A stretch of 64,000 nucleotides of DNA, taken from Nematocida ausubeli. Taxonomy: Eukaryota. Shown in pieces: positions 21,648 through 31,888 of this stretch (its first letter is position 1; each line of letters opens with the position of its first letter). The notes under the pieces are model-generated. The model saw only the letters and a list, made by a program, of their open reading frames with translations. It was not told where the DNA came from and searched no databases. The stretch is from positions 211,175 to 275,174 of the forward strand of contig NW_026515636.1 in NCBI RefSeq assembly GCF_000738915.1. Reading direction: 5' to 3'. Made by a program: the position numbers and the translations under genes.

Positions 21648-23921
21648 ATGAGATTGCAAGAAGACCATGCACCAGAAAACTGCAAGATATGCCACACCCC
21701 AGAAGAAAAAAACAAAGCACTAATCACCCCATGCAAGTGCACAATAAAAGTACATTCCTCCTGCATGCTGGCAATAATTCATAAAACACGCCAGGAGACC
21801 TGTCCCAACTGTGCCCACCCCATGAAACTAAAAAAACTTTATTGCAACAAGACTTATGCCATACTAAAAAATACCATAAAATATATTAAAAATATTTTCA
21901 GGCACAGAAGGGCTCCAATGGTCCCCCCTTGGAGAATGATTTTCCATAAAATATCAACCCACATCAGGTACACCATCATGCGCACCATAAGAGTGGATCA
22001 CTTAAATATTCTGTACGATAAAATTAACAAGCTAATAATACTCCAAGAATACAACGACGCATTCATTAATCATACAAGAATTATTGCAGAAAGCGCCAAA
22101 AGCCCAGTTAGTCTGCAGAATATCTTCAATGTAATTATATACGAAGATACACCAAATACAACAAGAATTAATAATCCATTGATAAATTGGTCTATTTTCT
22201 TACAGGAAAATATATTAGTCACAATTACAACAGGAATAGTTCCATTACTTTTTACACTATATGTAATAATTCTTGGAATAATGAAAACCCGAGGCGTCTT
22301 AAACCATAGACGATATGCTGTGATATTTCATATATTGCACATATACAGCAAGATATGCATTATGCTTTGGTTACGGTACGTGGCCCTTCCTTATGGAATA
22401 TCTCGGGTTATAACGGGTTTTGCCGTTGAAATTATACTAATTCTTGAAAAAATGGCAGTTTTAGACAGATTTATGGTACTAGGTGTATATCCTGCATATA
22501 TTCACGTTATTTTTGGGAATTTAGTCATAATTACAACGGAGTCATTGATTACTGAAGGATTTAGTCATGTTATTAGGCCGGGATTAGTGAATTCCTTGTG
22601 CCCCACTGAATTAACCTTAGAGAATATTATAAAAGACAGGGTAATCACTGTAATATGCGGGTACACACGGGTTCTAACCATGTTCATTGGGTTTGCCGCA
22701 GGGTTAGCATGCACCCACTTGCTGTTCTGGTATTCTAGCATATATTTCCAGGAGTTATTTAATTTTCCAAAAATATCCGAGTGGCAATCTCCTTATCTGC
22801 AAGATATTTACATTTTCCTCCTGTTTTTAAACTTGTTTTTTGAATATTTCCCGATTAGGAAGACTTCCCAATTAGTCCACAACTTTTTGAAAAATATTCC
22901 TATATTTTTATCAAAAATTTTGGAAATAAATTCCTTTATTTTCAACGAAAAAATCCTCCCAGATACAAACCCGACTAACTTAAAATATTTTCCATCAAAA
23001 AATATTCCATACAGCCACGAAGAGATAAAAAAAAGAGCCATAATTCCTGTCACAGATGACGAAAAAAATATTTATTTTGATGGAAATGGAGAGATAAGGA
23101 AGTTAACCCTCAGCAAATTTGAATATTCTGAAATTCAATGGGATAACAATATTATTACACACAGAAAGGCAGAGTTATTGTATAATCCAATGTATTCATT
23201 ATATTCTGTGCCTAAATTCTGGTTATTTCGCGTTGTAATATTCATTTTTAGTCTATCCCTAGGGCTATCACTAATTATATACGGGATTACACTGGGAGTT
23301 AGTCTATTTTTATTCGGATTATTTAGGGTTACATCGGGTTATAACGGGTTAAATCGGGTTATGTCAGGTTATATCGGGCTGAAATCAGGTTATTTCGGGT
23401 TAAATCAGGTTTTGATCTGGCCCTTAGTCATAATTACAACGGGAACTGGGGTATTGTTGATGGGGAAGGGTAGGCGTCTTATGACTGGTCTATTTTGGAT
23501 TATTTATATGTGCTTAGTCCCATTTATATCTGTTGTAATATATGCTTTAATTAATTCATGCATGCCAGAACTTATGGCCCTTTGTAACGTAAGCTTTGAG
23601 AATATTGTTTGGAGCATGTCAATTATAATGGGGAGCATGGTTATGCTGGGATATGGTTACGCATCTGTTCTGTTTTGGATGGTTCGGGTTATTTTAATGT
23701 TAGTTTACTATAACTTGGGATATATTTATATTAAGGCGAAAATAACGGATATTTCCTTATTTGGCAAGCTAATAATTGTTATGTTTCCTTATTTGGTAAG
23801 CACTATATTTATTCTATTTTGGGAAATTTGCTTATTTATAAGGAAATTGCCTTATATGGTAATATCATGTTTTAGTGAGAAGGTGTGCGAGGTCGTTCTT
23901 CTGAACTATCCAGATTATTAA
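21648..23921 (+). CDS. RINGv (RING-CH) multi-pass membrane E3 ubiquitin ligase, Doa10/MARCH6-like
   Basis: N-terminal C4HC3 CKICH...PCKC...HSSC...CPNC followed by many TM helices; 'HVIRPGLV' and 'YSVPKFWLFRV' are Doa10-like. Confidence 0.75.
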   Translation: MRLQEDHAPENCKICHTPEEKNKALITPCKCTIKVHSSCMLAIIHKTRQETCPNCAHPMKLKKLYCNKTYAILKNTIKYIKNIFRHRRAPMVPPWRMIFHKISTHIRYTIMRTIRVDHLNILYDKINKLIILQEYNDAFINHTRIIAESAKSPVSLQNIFNVIIYEDTPNTTRINNPLINWSIFLQENILVTITTGIVPLLFTLYVIILGIMKTRGVLNHRRYAVIFHILHIYSKICIMLWLRYVALPYGISRVITGFAVEIILILEKMAVLDRFMVLGVYPAYIHVIFGNLVIITTESLITEGFSHVIRPGLVNSLCPTELTLENIIKDRVITVICGYTRVLTMFIGFAAGLACTHLLFWYSSIYFQELFNFPKISEWQSPYLQDIYIFLLFLNLFFEYFPIRKTSQLVHNFLKNIPIFLSKILEINSFIFNEKILPDTNPTNLKYFPSKNIPYSHEEIKKRAIIPVTDDEKNIYFDGNGEIRKLTLSKFEYSEIQWDNNIITHRKAELLYNPMYSLYSVPKFWLFRVVIFIFSLSLGLSLIIYGITLGVSLFLFGLFRVTSGYNGLNRVMSGYIGLKSGYFGLNQVLIWPLVIITTGTGVLLMGKGRRLMTGLFWIIYMCLVPFISVVIYALINSCMPELMALCNVSFENIVWSMSIIMGSMVMLGYGYASVLFWMVRVILMLVYYNLGYIYIKAKITDISLFGKLIIVMFPYLVSTIFILFWEICLFIRKLPYMVISCFSEKVCEVVLLNYPDY

Positions 23922-24000
23922 TTAAAAGCTACCCAGATTATTAATTAAAATCAGGTTATTATTATTATTTTTGATTTTACTTCACTTTATTATGCAGATA

Positions 24001-24180
24001 TTAAGACTTTTTACTTTTTTTATAAACTAGCCAAGACTTTTTCCTCACTCCCCATAGAGGTGCAAGACTTTTTCCTTTTTTTAGAAAATCGACAAGACTT
24101 TTTCTACTTCTTGCAGGGCGGAATAAGTTCTGGCAAATAAACAGACATAACTTAATACATATAGTGTAAAAAGTCCTGGC
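24001..24180. repeat. Degenerate inverted copies (CAAGACTTTTTCC) of the GGATTAAG repeat family
   Basis: AAGACTTTTT four times at ~30-nt spacing, then GGAATAAGTTCTG. Confidence 0.6.
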
Positions 24181-24262
24181 GCTACACAAGAATATATCGT
24201 TATTCCCATGTGAATATTAAATATTAAATAAAACCCATGAATATTTTATTTTTAAGCAAAGG

Positions 24263-26017
24263 ATGCAAGCAGAAGACAGTTCCATACGCCTTGTAAGACC
24301 AATAACTGGAACAGACGCAAAAAAAGAGACCGTGCATGACTTATGCCTCATTAACTCCAAAGAAGTAAGGATTCACCCAAGCACAAAGGAAATAGCCGCA
24401 TACGTATGCAATAAACCAGGCTGTAATTACATAATACAAAACAACGCGTGGCAGATACCAATGGACATGTGCGCTCAGCTAATAAGTGAAGGGTTTTTTT
24501 CTAAATCAAAAATAAAAGGCACACCTTTATCAGTGATAAAGCAACTAGCAGCAAATACAACGACAAAACAAGATGAAAATCGTCATAACCCAGTCATGAC
24601 CCAGATGCAAGCAATAAACTCAAAGGAAACCATCTTCTTAAAACCGCACCAAATAGAAGGAATAAAAATTGCAGTGAAAAGGAATTACAGAGTGCTAATT
24701 GCAGATGAAATGGGCCTAGGAAAGACCCTGCAAGCAATTTCCATTGCAAGAACCCTTTTGGAAACCCATAAATTCAATTATGACCGTTGTAATCAGACTA
24801 AATTAGTCTATATTGTTATATTTGCGCCTGCTTCTAACGTGCAAATGTGGATAAACGAGGCAAAAAAGTTCATAAGTGAAGAGTCTTATGATATAAAAAA
24901 TTTTACCCCGTCACCCCCGACGTATCAAAATCAGGCACAAAACCCGATTGTCTTAGTCTCAAGTTACGCTGGGGCCCTTACAAAAATAACAAAAATCGAC
25001 TTAAATGACGTTATTTTAGGGATCGCAGATGAATCTCAGAACTTGAAAAACCCAGAGAGCAAGAGGGCATCGATCCTAGTGCCTTTCTTGTCGAAATTAA
25101 AGCACGTCTTATTATTATCCGGTACACCTGCACTTTCAAACCCAAATGAATTATATACGCAGATAAAAATTATAAACCCTTCACTTTTTTCATATCTAGA
25201 ATATCACGAGAGATACTGCCGCCTTGCAGATAATCATTATAACGCACTTAATCCCAGACTAAAACAATTAGTTAAATACAGGGGCAGTAAGAATCTGGAT
25301 GAATTAAAGGTTATCCTGAAGGAATTAGTCATGATACGAAGGGTTAAGAAGGAATGTTTGTCGTTAGGCGAAAAGAAACGTATTTTAGTCACATTTTCAA
25401 CGGAATTAGTAAAAAAGGAATTAAATTCAAATTTGAAAATAAATTCTAAAACCCTTCAGAATGAATTATTATCAGAATATAATCAATCTGCAAAAGATAA
25501 GGTTTCAGATTTAATTTTATTCATAAAAGAATTAAAAATGCGAGTAAAAGGGAAAGTCATTGTATTTGCGCATCACACGGAGATTTTAACAAGCATATAC
25601 CAGGAATTCATTAAGAATGCCGTTATAATCACAGGATCCACACCAAAAGCAAAAAGAGAGACCATTTGCACGAAATTTAAGGAAGATTTAAATATAAATC
25701 TGGCAGTACTTAGTCTTAAGGCGTGTTCAACGGGTCTAACCTTAGTATGTGCTACTACAGTGGTATTTGCTGAGTTACCCTGGACCCCAGGTGACCTCCA
25801 CCAAGCAGAAGACAGAATTTACAGAATTGGACAATTAGAGACTGTACGTATCTATTATCTTATCGCATCGTACGTGGATAAATATATGTGGCCATTATTG
25901 CGCCGTAAGAATAATATGTTAAACACAATTGGTATCATAGAAAAAGAGAAGGAAGATTTGACATTTGAAGATTTTGACCCAAAACAGAAAAAACTCAATG
26001 GATTTGGTCTGGAATGA
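24263..26017 (+). CDS. SNF2-family ATPase, SMARCAL1/ZRANB3 annealing-helicase-like
   Basis: LKPHQIEG, LIADEMGLGKTLQAI, DESQ, LLSGTPALSNPNELY, MIRRVK, VIVFAHH, FAELPWTPGDLHQAEDRIYRIGQ are SMARCAL1-subfamily motifs. Confidence 0.88.
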   Translation: MQAEDSSIRLVRPITGTDAKKETVHDLCLINSKEVRIHPSTKEIAAYVCNKPGCNYIIQNNAWQIPMDMCAQLISEGFFSKSKIKGTPLSVIKQLAANTTTKQDENRHNPVMTQMQAINSKETIFLKPHQIEGIKIAVKRNYRVLIADEMGLGKTLQAISIARTLLETHKFNYDRCNQTKLVYIVIFAPASNVQMWINEAKKFISEESYDIKNFTPSPPTYQNQAQNPIVLVSSYAGALTKITKIDLNDVILGIADESQNLKNPESKRASILVPFLSKLKHVLLLSGTPALSNPNELYTQIKIINPSLFSYLEYHERYCRLADNHYNALNPRLKQLVKYRGSKNLDELKVILKELVMIRRVKKECLSLGEKKRILVTFSTELVKKELNSNLKINSKTLQNELLSEYNQSAKDKVSDLILFIKELKMRVKGKVIVFAHHTEILTSIYQEFIKNAVIITGSTPKAKRETICTKFKEDLNINLAVLSLKACSTGLTLVCATTVVFAELPWTPGDLHQAEDRIYRIGQLETVRIYYLIASYVDKYMWPLLRRKNNMLNTIGIIEKEKEDLTFEDFDPKQKKLNGFGLE

Positions 26018-26033
26018 ATAAATTATTTTTTAG

Positions 26034-26496
26034 TAAGTGGAATATATTGTGCACTAAGTGGAATATATTGTGGACTATTGGGAATATATTGTGTACTAAG
26101 TGGATTAAATTATGGTAAAGTGGATTAAGTCTTACACTAGGTGGAATAAATTGTGGCAGTTTTGGGAGTAGTGGATTAAGTCTTGTCACCTGTGTAATAT
26201 ATTCTGCACTAGGTGGAAATAGTCTTGTCACTTGCGCCATATATTCTGCACTAGGTGGAAATAGTCTTGTCCTCTGCACTATAACCCCCTTATATTTTTA
26301 TTAAAAATATTTAATTCTGCCATGGGATAGTCATATTACACATAGTGTATTAAGTTATGAATTATTTTATGTTGTATTTACTAATTAAAATTGCCATAAT
26401 ATATTACACATAATATATTAAGTCTTATCATATTTTATGTTGTATTTACTAATTAAAATTACCATAATATATTACACATAGTGTATTAAGTCTTGG
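26034..26496. repeat. GGATTAAG repeat cluster C with 42-bp and ~68-bp higher-order duplications
   Basis: GTGGATTAAGTC/GGAATATATTGTG units; ATATATTCTGCACTAGGTGGAAATAGTCTTGTC twice; ATTTTATGTTGTATTTACTAATTAAAATT twice. Confidence 0.85.
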
Positions 26497-26538
26497 TATT
26501 TATTTTTAAAGTCAAAATTATTTCTACTCGCAAATAAA

Positions 26539-28176
26539 ATGTTTCCAGAAGATATACAGGAAAGAGATCGGCAAAAGAGTGTCCTTAAAGGGAAATTACC
26601 CAATAAGGAAATAATAGAAAAAGTGCATTCAGATTTGATGGATACCAGAGGATCAAGCAGTCAGCTCATGAAGGATTTCCAAGAACTCAGATTCATACAA
26701 GACTTTGTGCGCCCATTTAAGAACGAAGAAAAAATTCATAAAGAAATTCAAGAGTCGTCGGGGGCGAACTACCCAGGGAAATTAAATACCAGAAACCCTT
26801 CACTTTTAAAATATTCAAAAATAGAAAGTGAACAGGAAATGGATATTACAAGATTCCCGGATATTCCGCACACTGCAATAATTAATGAGTCTGGGACTAA
26901 TGGTCTAATTTCAACGAGATTTAATGACGAGGTTTGCATGGGACTAGCCAGGGAAGACGCAACCAGAAGAATGAATTGCGTCTTATTCCAGGACATCCAT
27001 GATAAAAATCCGTTTGAAATCCAAAATAACGGAAATTCAATTGATATGAAAATTGAAGAATTAAATTTTGAAATTTTAAAATTAATTGAAAAAAAGGTCA
27101 GAAATGACCTTACAAACTCGCATGAAGCCACAGTAACCATGTATAAGGATGAGATAGATCACCTTAACATGAAAATACTCTCACTTCAGGCATCTTTTAA
27201 GATAGAATTAGAAGAAGTTTCAAAAGAGTCAGAAATTAATCACAGAATGAACAAAAAGCTCAAGGAGATCCAGGAGAAGTCGGAGGGATACCAGAAAGAG
27301 CTAAATCAAAGGGTTAAGTTATTCCAAGAGCAAGAATGCAGGTGGATCCAGAGGTCGATCAAAATGGAGTCAGATTTGAAGGAAAAAGATGCAAAAATCT
27401 CAAGAAATTTCACAGAAATTCAAGAAAAAGATGCAAAAATTATCCATCTCACCCGGGAATTATCAAATTTAAAAATAAAAATAAAAAACCCTTCACTCAC
27501 AGATTTATCACAAATTGATGAACTGAAGGGAACAATAAAATTATTAAAAGAAGAAATTGATGAAATCACAAGGAAATTCCAGATAGACGAAAAAGATGAA
27601 AAAGACAAGATATTCCCAGAGAAAGTGAAGGAATACAAGATGAAAACTGAAATAAACCCAGAGTTAGACACGAAAATGCACCCGGACCCAGAAGATAAAA
27701 GGAAATCCAATGGCATTCCAGGAAGAAAGGGTCTTCCAGCCTCAAAGCACATTTTCCATTTCTACAGAATAAAAGGTCTCCCAGAAACCGTTAAAACAAT
27801 ACCACTACCAAACATAAGAAAGACATGGTGCTCAATTGCAGGGATAAAGACAGGACACATGGGCTTTATAATGCACCTACCACAAAATACCATGCAATTA
27901 GCAATTCCAACGAAGTTTCAGCCTAATTTAAGACTAATTGCAGAGTCTTACAGGAAATCACTAAATAATCCTGTTGAAATTGAAGGACCAGTGGACCCAT
28001 TGGAATTCCCAACGGCAGAAAAGAAGAATCTTCTATTCCGCCTGAAGGAATATGCCTTGCAGTTAGTCAATAATATATCCATGAAGCACATTGAACTCTA
28101 TAAATTCAGTGAGAAAGTGCTTTCATGCAAATCCCCAGAAGAATTCTATGAGAGACTCCGTATAGGGACCTTATAA
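26539..28176 (+). CDS. Hypothetical coiled-coil protein with a globular C-terminal domain
   Basis: 545-aa ORF; heptad E/K-rich region at ~aa 170-350; mixed alpha/beta C-terminus. Confidence 0.75.
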   Translation: MFPEDIQERDRQKSVLKGKLPNKEIIEKVHSDLMDTRGSSSQLMKDFQELRFIQDFVRPFKNEEKIHKEIQESSGANYPGKLNTRNPSLLKYSKIESEQEMDITRFPDIPHTAIINESGTNGLISTRFNDEVCMGLAREDATRRMNCVLFQDIHDKNPFEIQNNGNSIDMKIEELNFEILKLIEKKVRNDLTNSHEATVTMYKDEIDHLNMKILSLQASFKIELEEVSKESEINHRMNKKLKEIQEKSEGYQKELNQRVKLFQEQECRWIQRSIKMESDLKEKDAKISRNFTEIQEKDAKIIHLTRELSNLKIKIKNPSLTDLSQIDELKGTIKLLKEEIDEITRKFQIDEKDEKDKIFPEKVKEYKMKTEINPELDTKMHPDPEDKRKSNGIPGRKGLPASKHIFHFYRIKGLPETVKTIPLPNIRKTWCSIAGIKTGHMGFIMHLPQNTMQLAIPTKFQPNLRLIAESYRKSLNNPVEIEGPVDPLEFPTAEKKNLLFRLKEYALQLVNNISMKHIELYKFSEKVLSCKSPEEFYERLRIGTL

Positions 28177-28221
28177 TTACATTTTGGGAGATATTTAGGG
28201 TAATAAATGGTAATGTTATTT

Positions 28222-28635
28222 AGGGAATATATTGTGGACTAAGTGGATTAAGTCTTGTCATTTTTGGGGAGGGGTGGATTAAGTCTTGTTACTTTGGGAA
28301 TATATTGTGTACTAAGTGGATTAAGTCTTGGTATTTTTGGAAAGGGGTGGATTAAGTCTTGGTGAGGTGGATTAAGTAATGGCTATTGGGCATAAGTCTT
28401 GTCAAAGTGGAATAAGTCCTGCTTATAGTGAATTAAGTTATGCACCAGGTAGAAATAAGAATAAATTATTTATAGGGTGGATTAAGTCCTGCTCATAGTG
28501 GAAATAATCTTGTCACCTACATAATAAGTCCTGCTCATAATGGAAATAATCTTGTCACGTACGTAATATATTATGCCCTAGGTGGATTAAGTTATGTCCT
28601 AGGTGTAATATATTCTGCTCTAGGTGTAATAAGTA
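28222..28635. repeat. GGATTAAG repeat cluster D (forward orientation)
   Basis: More than 12 copies of (G)TGG(A/AA)T(T/A)AGT(C/T)(T/C)TG, e.g. 28243, 28274, 28316, 28348. Confidence 0.9.
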
Positions 28636-28662
28636 ATGAAAATATAAATTTTTAATAATTTA

Positions 28663-29238
28663 ATGGACAGAGAAAAGGAAGAAGAGGGCAAGACTTATGA
28701 CACATGGTGTAATAAAAAATGCACAGATTTAACGGCCTCAGAAGAAATAGATGAAATATGTCAAGGAAATAGACAAATTAGTCATGAAAGTCTTATAGGA
28801 ATACCAAGTAACCAGATAGATCAGCTTAAAGTATCTGCTAATAAGGAATTCCTGCAGCTTGATCTCACTGTAAATAATATTCAGAAGATATTTGATAGAA
28901 TTATAAGTAGTCGGAGGGCATCTGCGCAGGGAATGAGTGTCTCAAATAAAAAACAAAAAGAAAATGTGTTGATACGGGGATTAAATGAAAAAATAAAAGA
29001 AATGTCAATTATGCTGGATATAACGCAATCTCAGCTTAAAATAAAACAAAAAAAAATAGAAAATTTGGAGGAAATTGTGAAAAATTTAAGAGATGGGGTA
29101 GAAGGAGGTCAGAAAAAAGAAAATTTAGAGGAAATAGCAGGAGAGAAGAGCAGAAGGCACGGGGGCATATTAGAGAAGAATATACTTAAAATAATTACTA
29201 AACGCCTAGGTAATGCAGAAGATAAGGAGATATTATAA
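28663..29238 (+). CDS. Hypothetical coiled-coil protein
   Basis: 191-aa ORF; AAATTT upstream; heptad segment IKEMSIMLDITQSQLKIKQKKIENLEEIVKNL. Confidence 0.65.
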   Translation: MDREKEEEGKTYDTWCNKKCTDLTASEEIDEICQGNRQISHESLIGIPSNQIDQLKVSANKEFLQLDLTVNNIQKIFDRIISSRRASAQGMSVSNKKQKENVLIRGLNEKIKEMSIMLDITQSQLKIKQKKIENLEEIVKNLRDGVEGGQKKENLEEIAGEKSRRHGGILEKNILKIITKRLGNAEDKEIL

Positions 29239-29291
29239 TTATTTTGGATTAGACTGGATTACAACGGGAATATTACACTTTATTACATATA

Positions 29292-29529
29292 GGACAAGAC
29301 TATTTCCACTTAGTGCAGAATATATTACGCATAGTACAGGACTTAATCCACCTTATCTTGAAATTGACAAGACTTAATCCACCTTATTAGGAAAATGACA
29401 AGACTTATGGCACTTATATTTATGTATTACAACTTTATGCAGGACTTAATCCACCCGCCATAAGTTTTGTCCAAATATTAAACAAGACTTAATCCACTCT
29501 ATCCCAAAACTGACAAGACTTAATCCACA
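29292..29529. repeat. GGATTAAG repeat cluster E (reverse orientation, CA(A/G)GACTTAATCCAC)
   Basis: GACTTAATCCAC five times, plus degenerate copies. Confidence 0.9.
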
Positions 29530-29582
29530 TGCCAGAATGTATTTTCTGTGAAGGGAATAAAAATGAAAATATAAAATATTTT

Positions 29583-29753
29583 ATGCAAGCAATAAATTCA
29601 AAGGACGTGGCTGCCGTTATGGACGTAGTATCATACGAGTACATATCGGCAGAAGATGCAAAATCCATCTGTAAAGAGTTCTCAAGCACAAATACAATGC
29701 TCTCAGATGAAGCCATCTTTTTTTTAAAGAAGTTCTACACCTCAAAGGACTAA
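29583..29753 (+). CDS. Small hypothetical protein (56 aa, MQAINSKDVAAVMDVVSYEY...)
   Basis: Coding-like composition; AT-rich leader; TAATAAA stop/polyA signal 11 bp from the convergent gene end. Confidence 0.5.
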   Translation: MQAINSKDVAAVMDVVSYEYISAEDAKSICKEFSSTNTMLSDEAIFFLKKFYTSKD

Positions 29754-29764
29754 TAAATAGCGAT

Positions 29765-30523
29765 TTATGTGTCTTGTGCATATATGAAAGAATCATCTGA
29801 TAGCTCATCCTCCATCTTCTGATATGTTAAGATTGCACCAGACGCAATCATCTCAGTTATTTCACCAAATTTCTTTACAATAATTTTGCCCTTCTCTTTA
29901 TCTGCAGTAAGACAGCCATTTCCCATTGAAATTAGCCTTTCTTCTATTTTGCTCACATGACCATCTGGGTCTGCCACTATAACCCCGTCTAAGGCAGGTA
30001 CTAGACGGCAGCTCATGTGCGCCATACGGGGTGCACTAGAGGGCCCTTCAATTACATCTCCTTTCACTAGGTTATTCCTAGTTATACTTTCAATGTACTG
30101 CTTGAATGTCTGGCTGTAATATTCATCATCATTTTTCTTCTTAGATCTGTCAAACAGTTCAATGTACCACGTGAATCCTACAATGGATTTCTTCAGGATA
30201 ATTGATGCCAGGTAGTTATACGTCCTCTTACAAAGGCCTGTTGAATCTGTGCCTACAATTAAGTGTGTTGAATCCTTGATATTATTTGAGTCCACAAATA
30301 TATTATACTCCAGTATCTCTGATATCCGGGTGATGGTGCCTTTGATGAAATCTATCTGTTCTTGTGGGAGATCTGAGAGGGCTAATTTCAAGATGGGCCG
30401 GCTCTTTATCTTTTCTTCTTCCCGAGAAGGAAGCAGTCTTCTTATGAAATGCGGGGTATAGTGTATATCTGGGTTATTATTGAATAGTCTTATAATTTTA
30501 TCTATATTCTCCTTCTCCTCCAT
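29765..30523 (-). CDS. BRCT-domain protein
   Basis: STHLIVGTDSTGLCKRTYNYLASIILKKSIVGFTWY matches a BRCT core (THli...RT.kY..ai..g..iV...W). Start MEEKEN at 30523 is preceded by CCCC. Confidence 0.75.
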   Translation of the reverse strand: MEEKENIDKIIRLFNNNPDIHYTPHFIRRLLPSREEEKIKSRPILKLALSDLPQEQIDFIKGTITRISEILEYNIFVDSNNIKDSTHLIVGTDSTGLCKRTYNYLASIILKKSIVGFTWYIELFDRSKKKNDDEYYSQTFKQYIESITRNNLVKGDVIEGPSSAPRMAHMSCRLVPALDGVIVADPDGHVSKIEERLISMGNGCLTADKEKGKIIVKKFGEITEMIASGAILTYQKMEDELSDDSFIYAQDT

Positions 30524-30870
30524 GGGGTTCTGTGGATATTTTGTAATAAATCCGCATGGTGATTTATTATAAACAGATCTAATTCTGGTTATATTCCATA
30601 TATATGCATAATATACCACTGTAATACACGCATTATACGCATATATATACATATTATATTTAAGTAATATATTATATACGGAGGTATTGTATAATTATGT
30701 CTTACACGGTGATACTATATATATATGCATATTATATCCGTATACCCATGTATATTTAATTATATTTTGCATAACCATATATACTAATGGTCTTACAAGT
30801 ATCCAGATATATTCGTGTACATAATTATAAGAAGAGGATGGAGTGGTTTATTGCAGTGTATTATAATAAT

Positions 30871-31557
30871 CTAATCCTCATAATATTTTGGCACTTCCTT
30901 TGACTCTAAAATACCCTCACACCTCACAAGCAGATCACTCTCTGGGAACATTCTATTTAAACCTGCCAGATAGTTCCAGTACGCCAGATTATACTTCAGC
31001 ACAGGGAGACTTAAAAGGAACTCTTTCTCCTTCTGGAATCTCGCAGGATCCTGCTTGAGTATTGGACTAATTAATGTGTACCGTATGGAATATGCTGAAT
31101 TATTTCTTACATCTTCCTCTATGAAGTACTTCGTATATTCAAGTGCACTTTCCACATTCTTTGCGCATGCCAGGAATACCCCCCAGAAGTGGATATTCTT
31201 TGGGTCTTTCCTGACTATTTCTAAAATATCCAGGTCTTCTGATATTTCATGGTTCATTTCTGTTAAAACATGCTTAAAATGGTGCCATACTTGATAATTC
31301 TTCTGATTCTCATGTGCTCTTTTTTTAATCCAAGTCAGCTCCTTGTTGTAATTGTACGTGTCCCTGGGGATTTTACCAAGAACTTTTCTTCTATCGACCC
31401 ACACAGTGTAATTAGTCGGGCAGTAATATATTATTGAGGTTATTATATCTAGGGCCTGTGTGGAATAATTCTCCTCTTGCATATTTACAGCGTGCTGCTT
31501 CAGTAGGTGAATATATTCATCTGGGTACTTTACGGAGAGTGGGTCTTCTTTGTGCAT
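30871..31557 (-). CDS. RAM2: Protein farnesyltransferase/geranylgeranyltransferase-I alpha subunit
   Basis: PPTA repeats PTNYTVWVDRR, KNYQVWHH, DPKNIHFW, DVRNNSAYSIR, NLAYWNYL. An alternative ATG lies at 31599. Confidence 0.88.
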   Translation of the reverse strand: MHKEDPLSVKYPDEYIHLLKQHAVNMQEENYSTQALDIITSIIYYCPTNYTVWVDRRKVLGKIPRDTYNYNKELTWIKKRAHENQKNYQVWHHFKHVLTEMNHEISEDLDILEIVRKDPKNIHFWGVFLACAKNVESALEYTKYFIEEDVRNNSAYSIRYTLISPILKQDPARFQKEKEFLLSLPVLKYNLAYWNYLAGLNRMFPESDLLVRCEGILESKEVPKYYED

Positions 31558-31888
31558 GGTTATATTTCTATGGATATTTTTTTTATTTTTAATGCGCATT
31601 CTGTCTGGTTATTTTAATTAGGGTGAATTTATTCTTAAGGAGACAGGGTTATATTATTGTTTGTTAATAGTATGTAGTCTGGACTATATGATAAGCATAA
31701 AATGCAGTGGGTATAGTAATTGGATGATTAATGCATATATGAAAGTGTTTTTATTATTTACTGTTTTTTTTCGTTATTTACCGGATAATTACTGGTTGTT
31801 TTTTGTTATTTACTGGTTAATTACTGGGTTTTTTTTAATTTTCGGCTAACTACCGGTATTTCCCATTAATAATCCAGGTATTTACTGG

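Noticed and set aside
25995..26279. 94-aa minus-strand ORF with TRLFPP/RLNP repeats
   Set aside because: GTG start, lies entirely within repeat cluster C and overlaps the helicase stop; open only because the repeat period is a multiple of 3.
28222..28635. GGATTAAG clusters as a CRISPR array
   Set aside because: Cores are only 12-15 nt and degenerate, linkers are short and themselves repetitive, orientation is mixed, there are no cas genes, and the context is eukaryotic.
30524..30800. N-terminal extension of the BRCT ORF / TA-rich tract
   Set aside because: Low-complexity TATA-rich spacer; the CCCC-ATG at 30523 is the better start.
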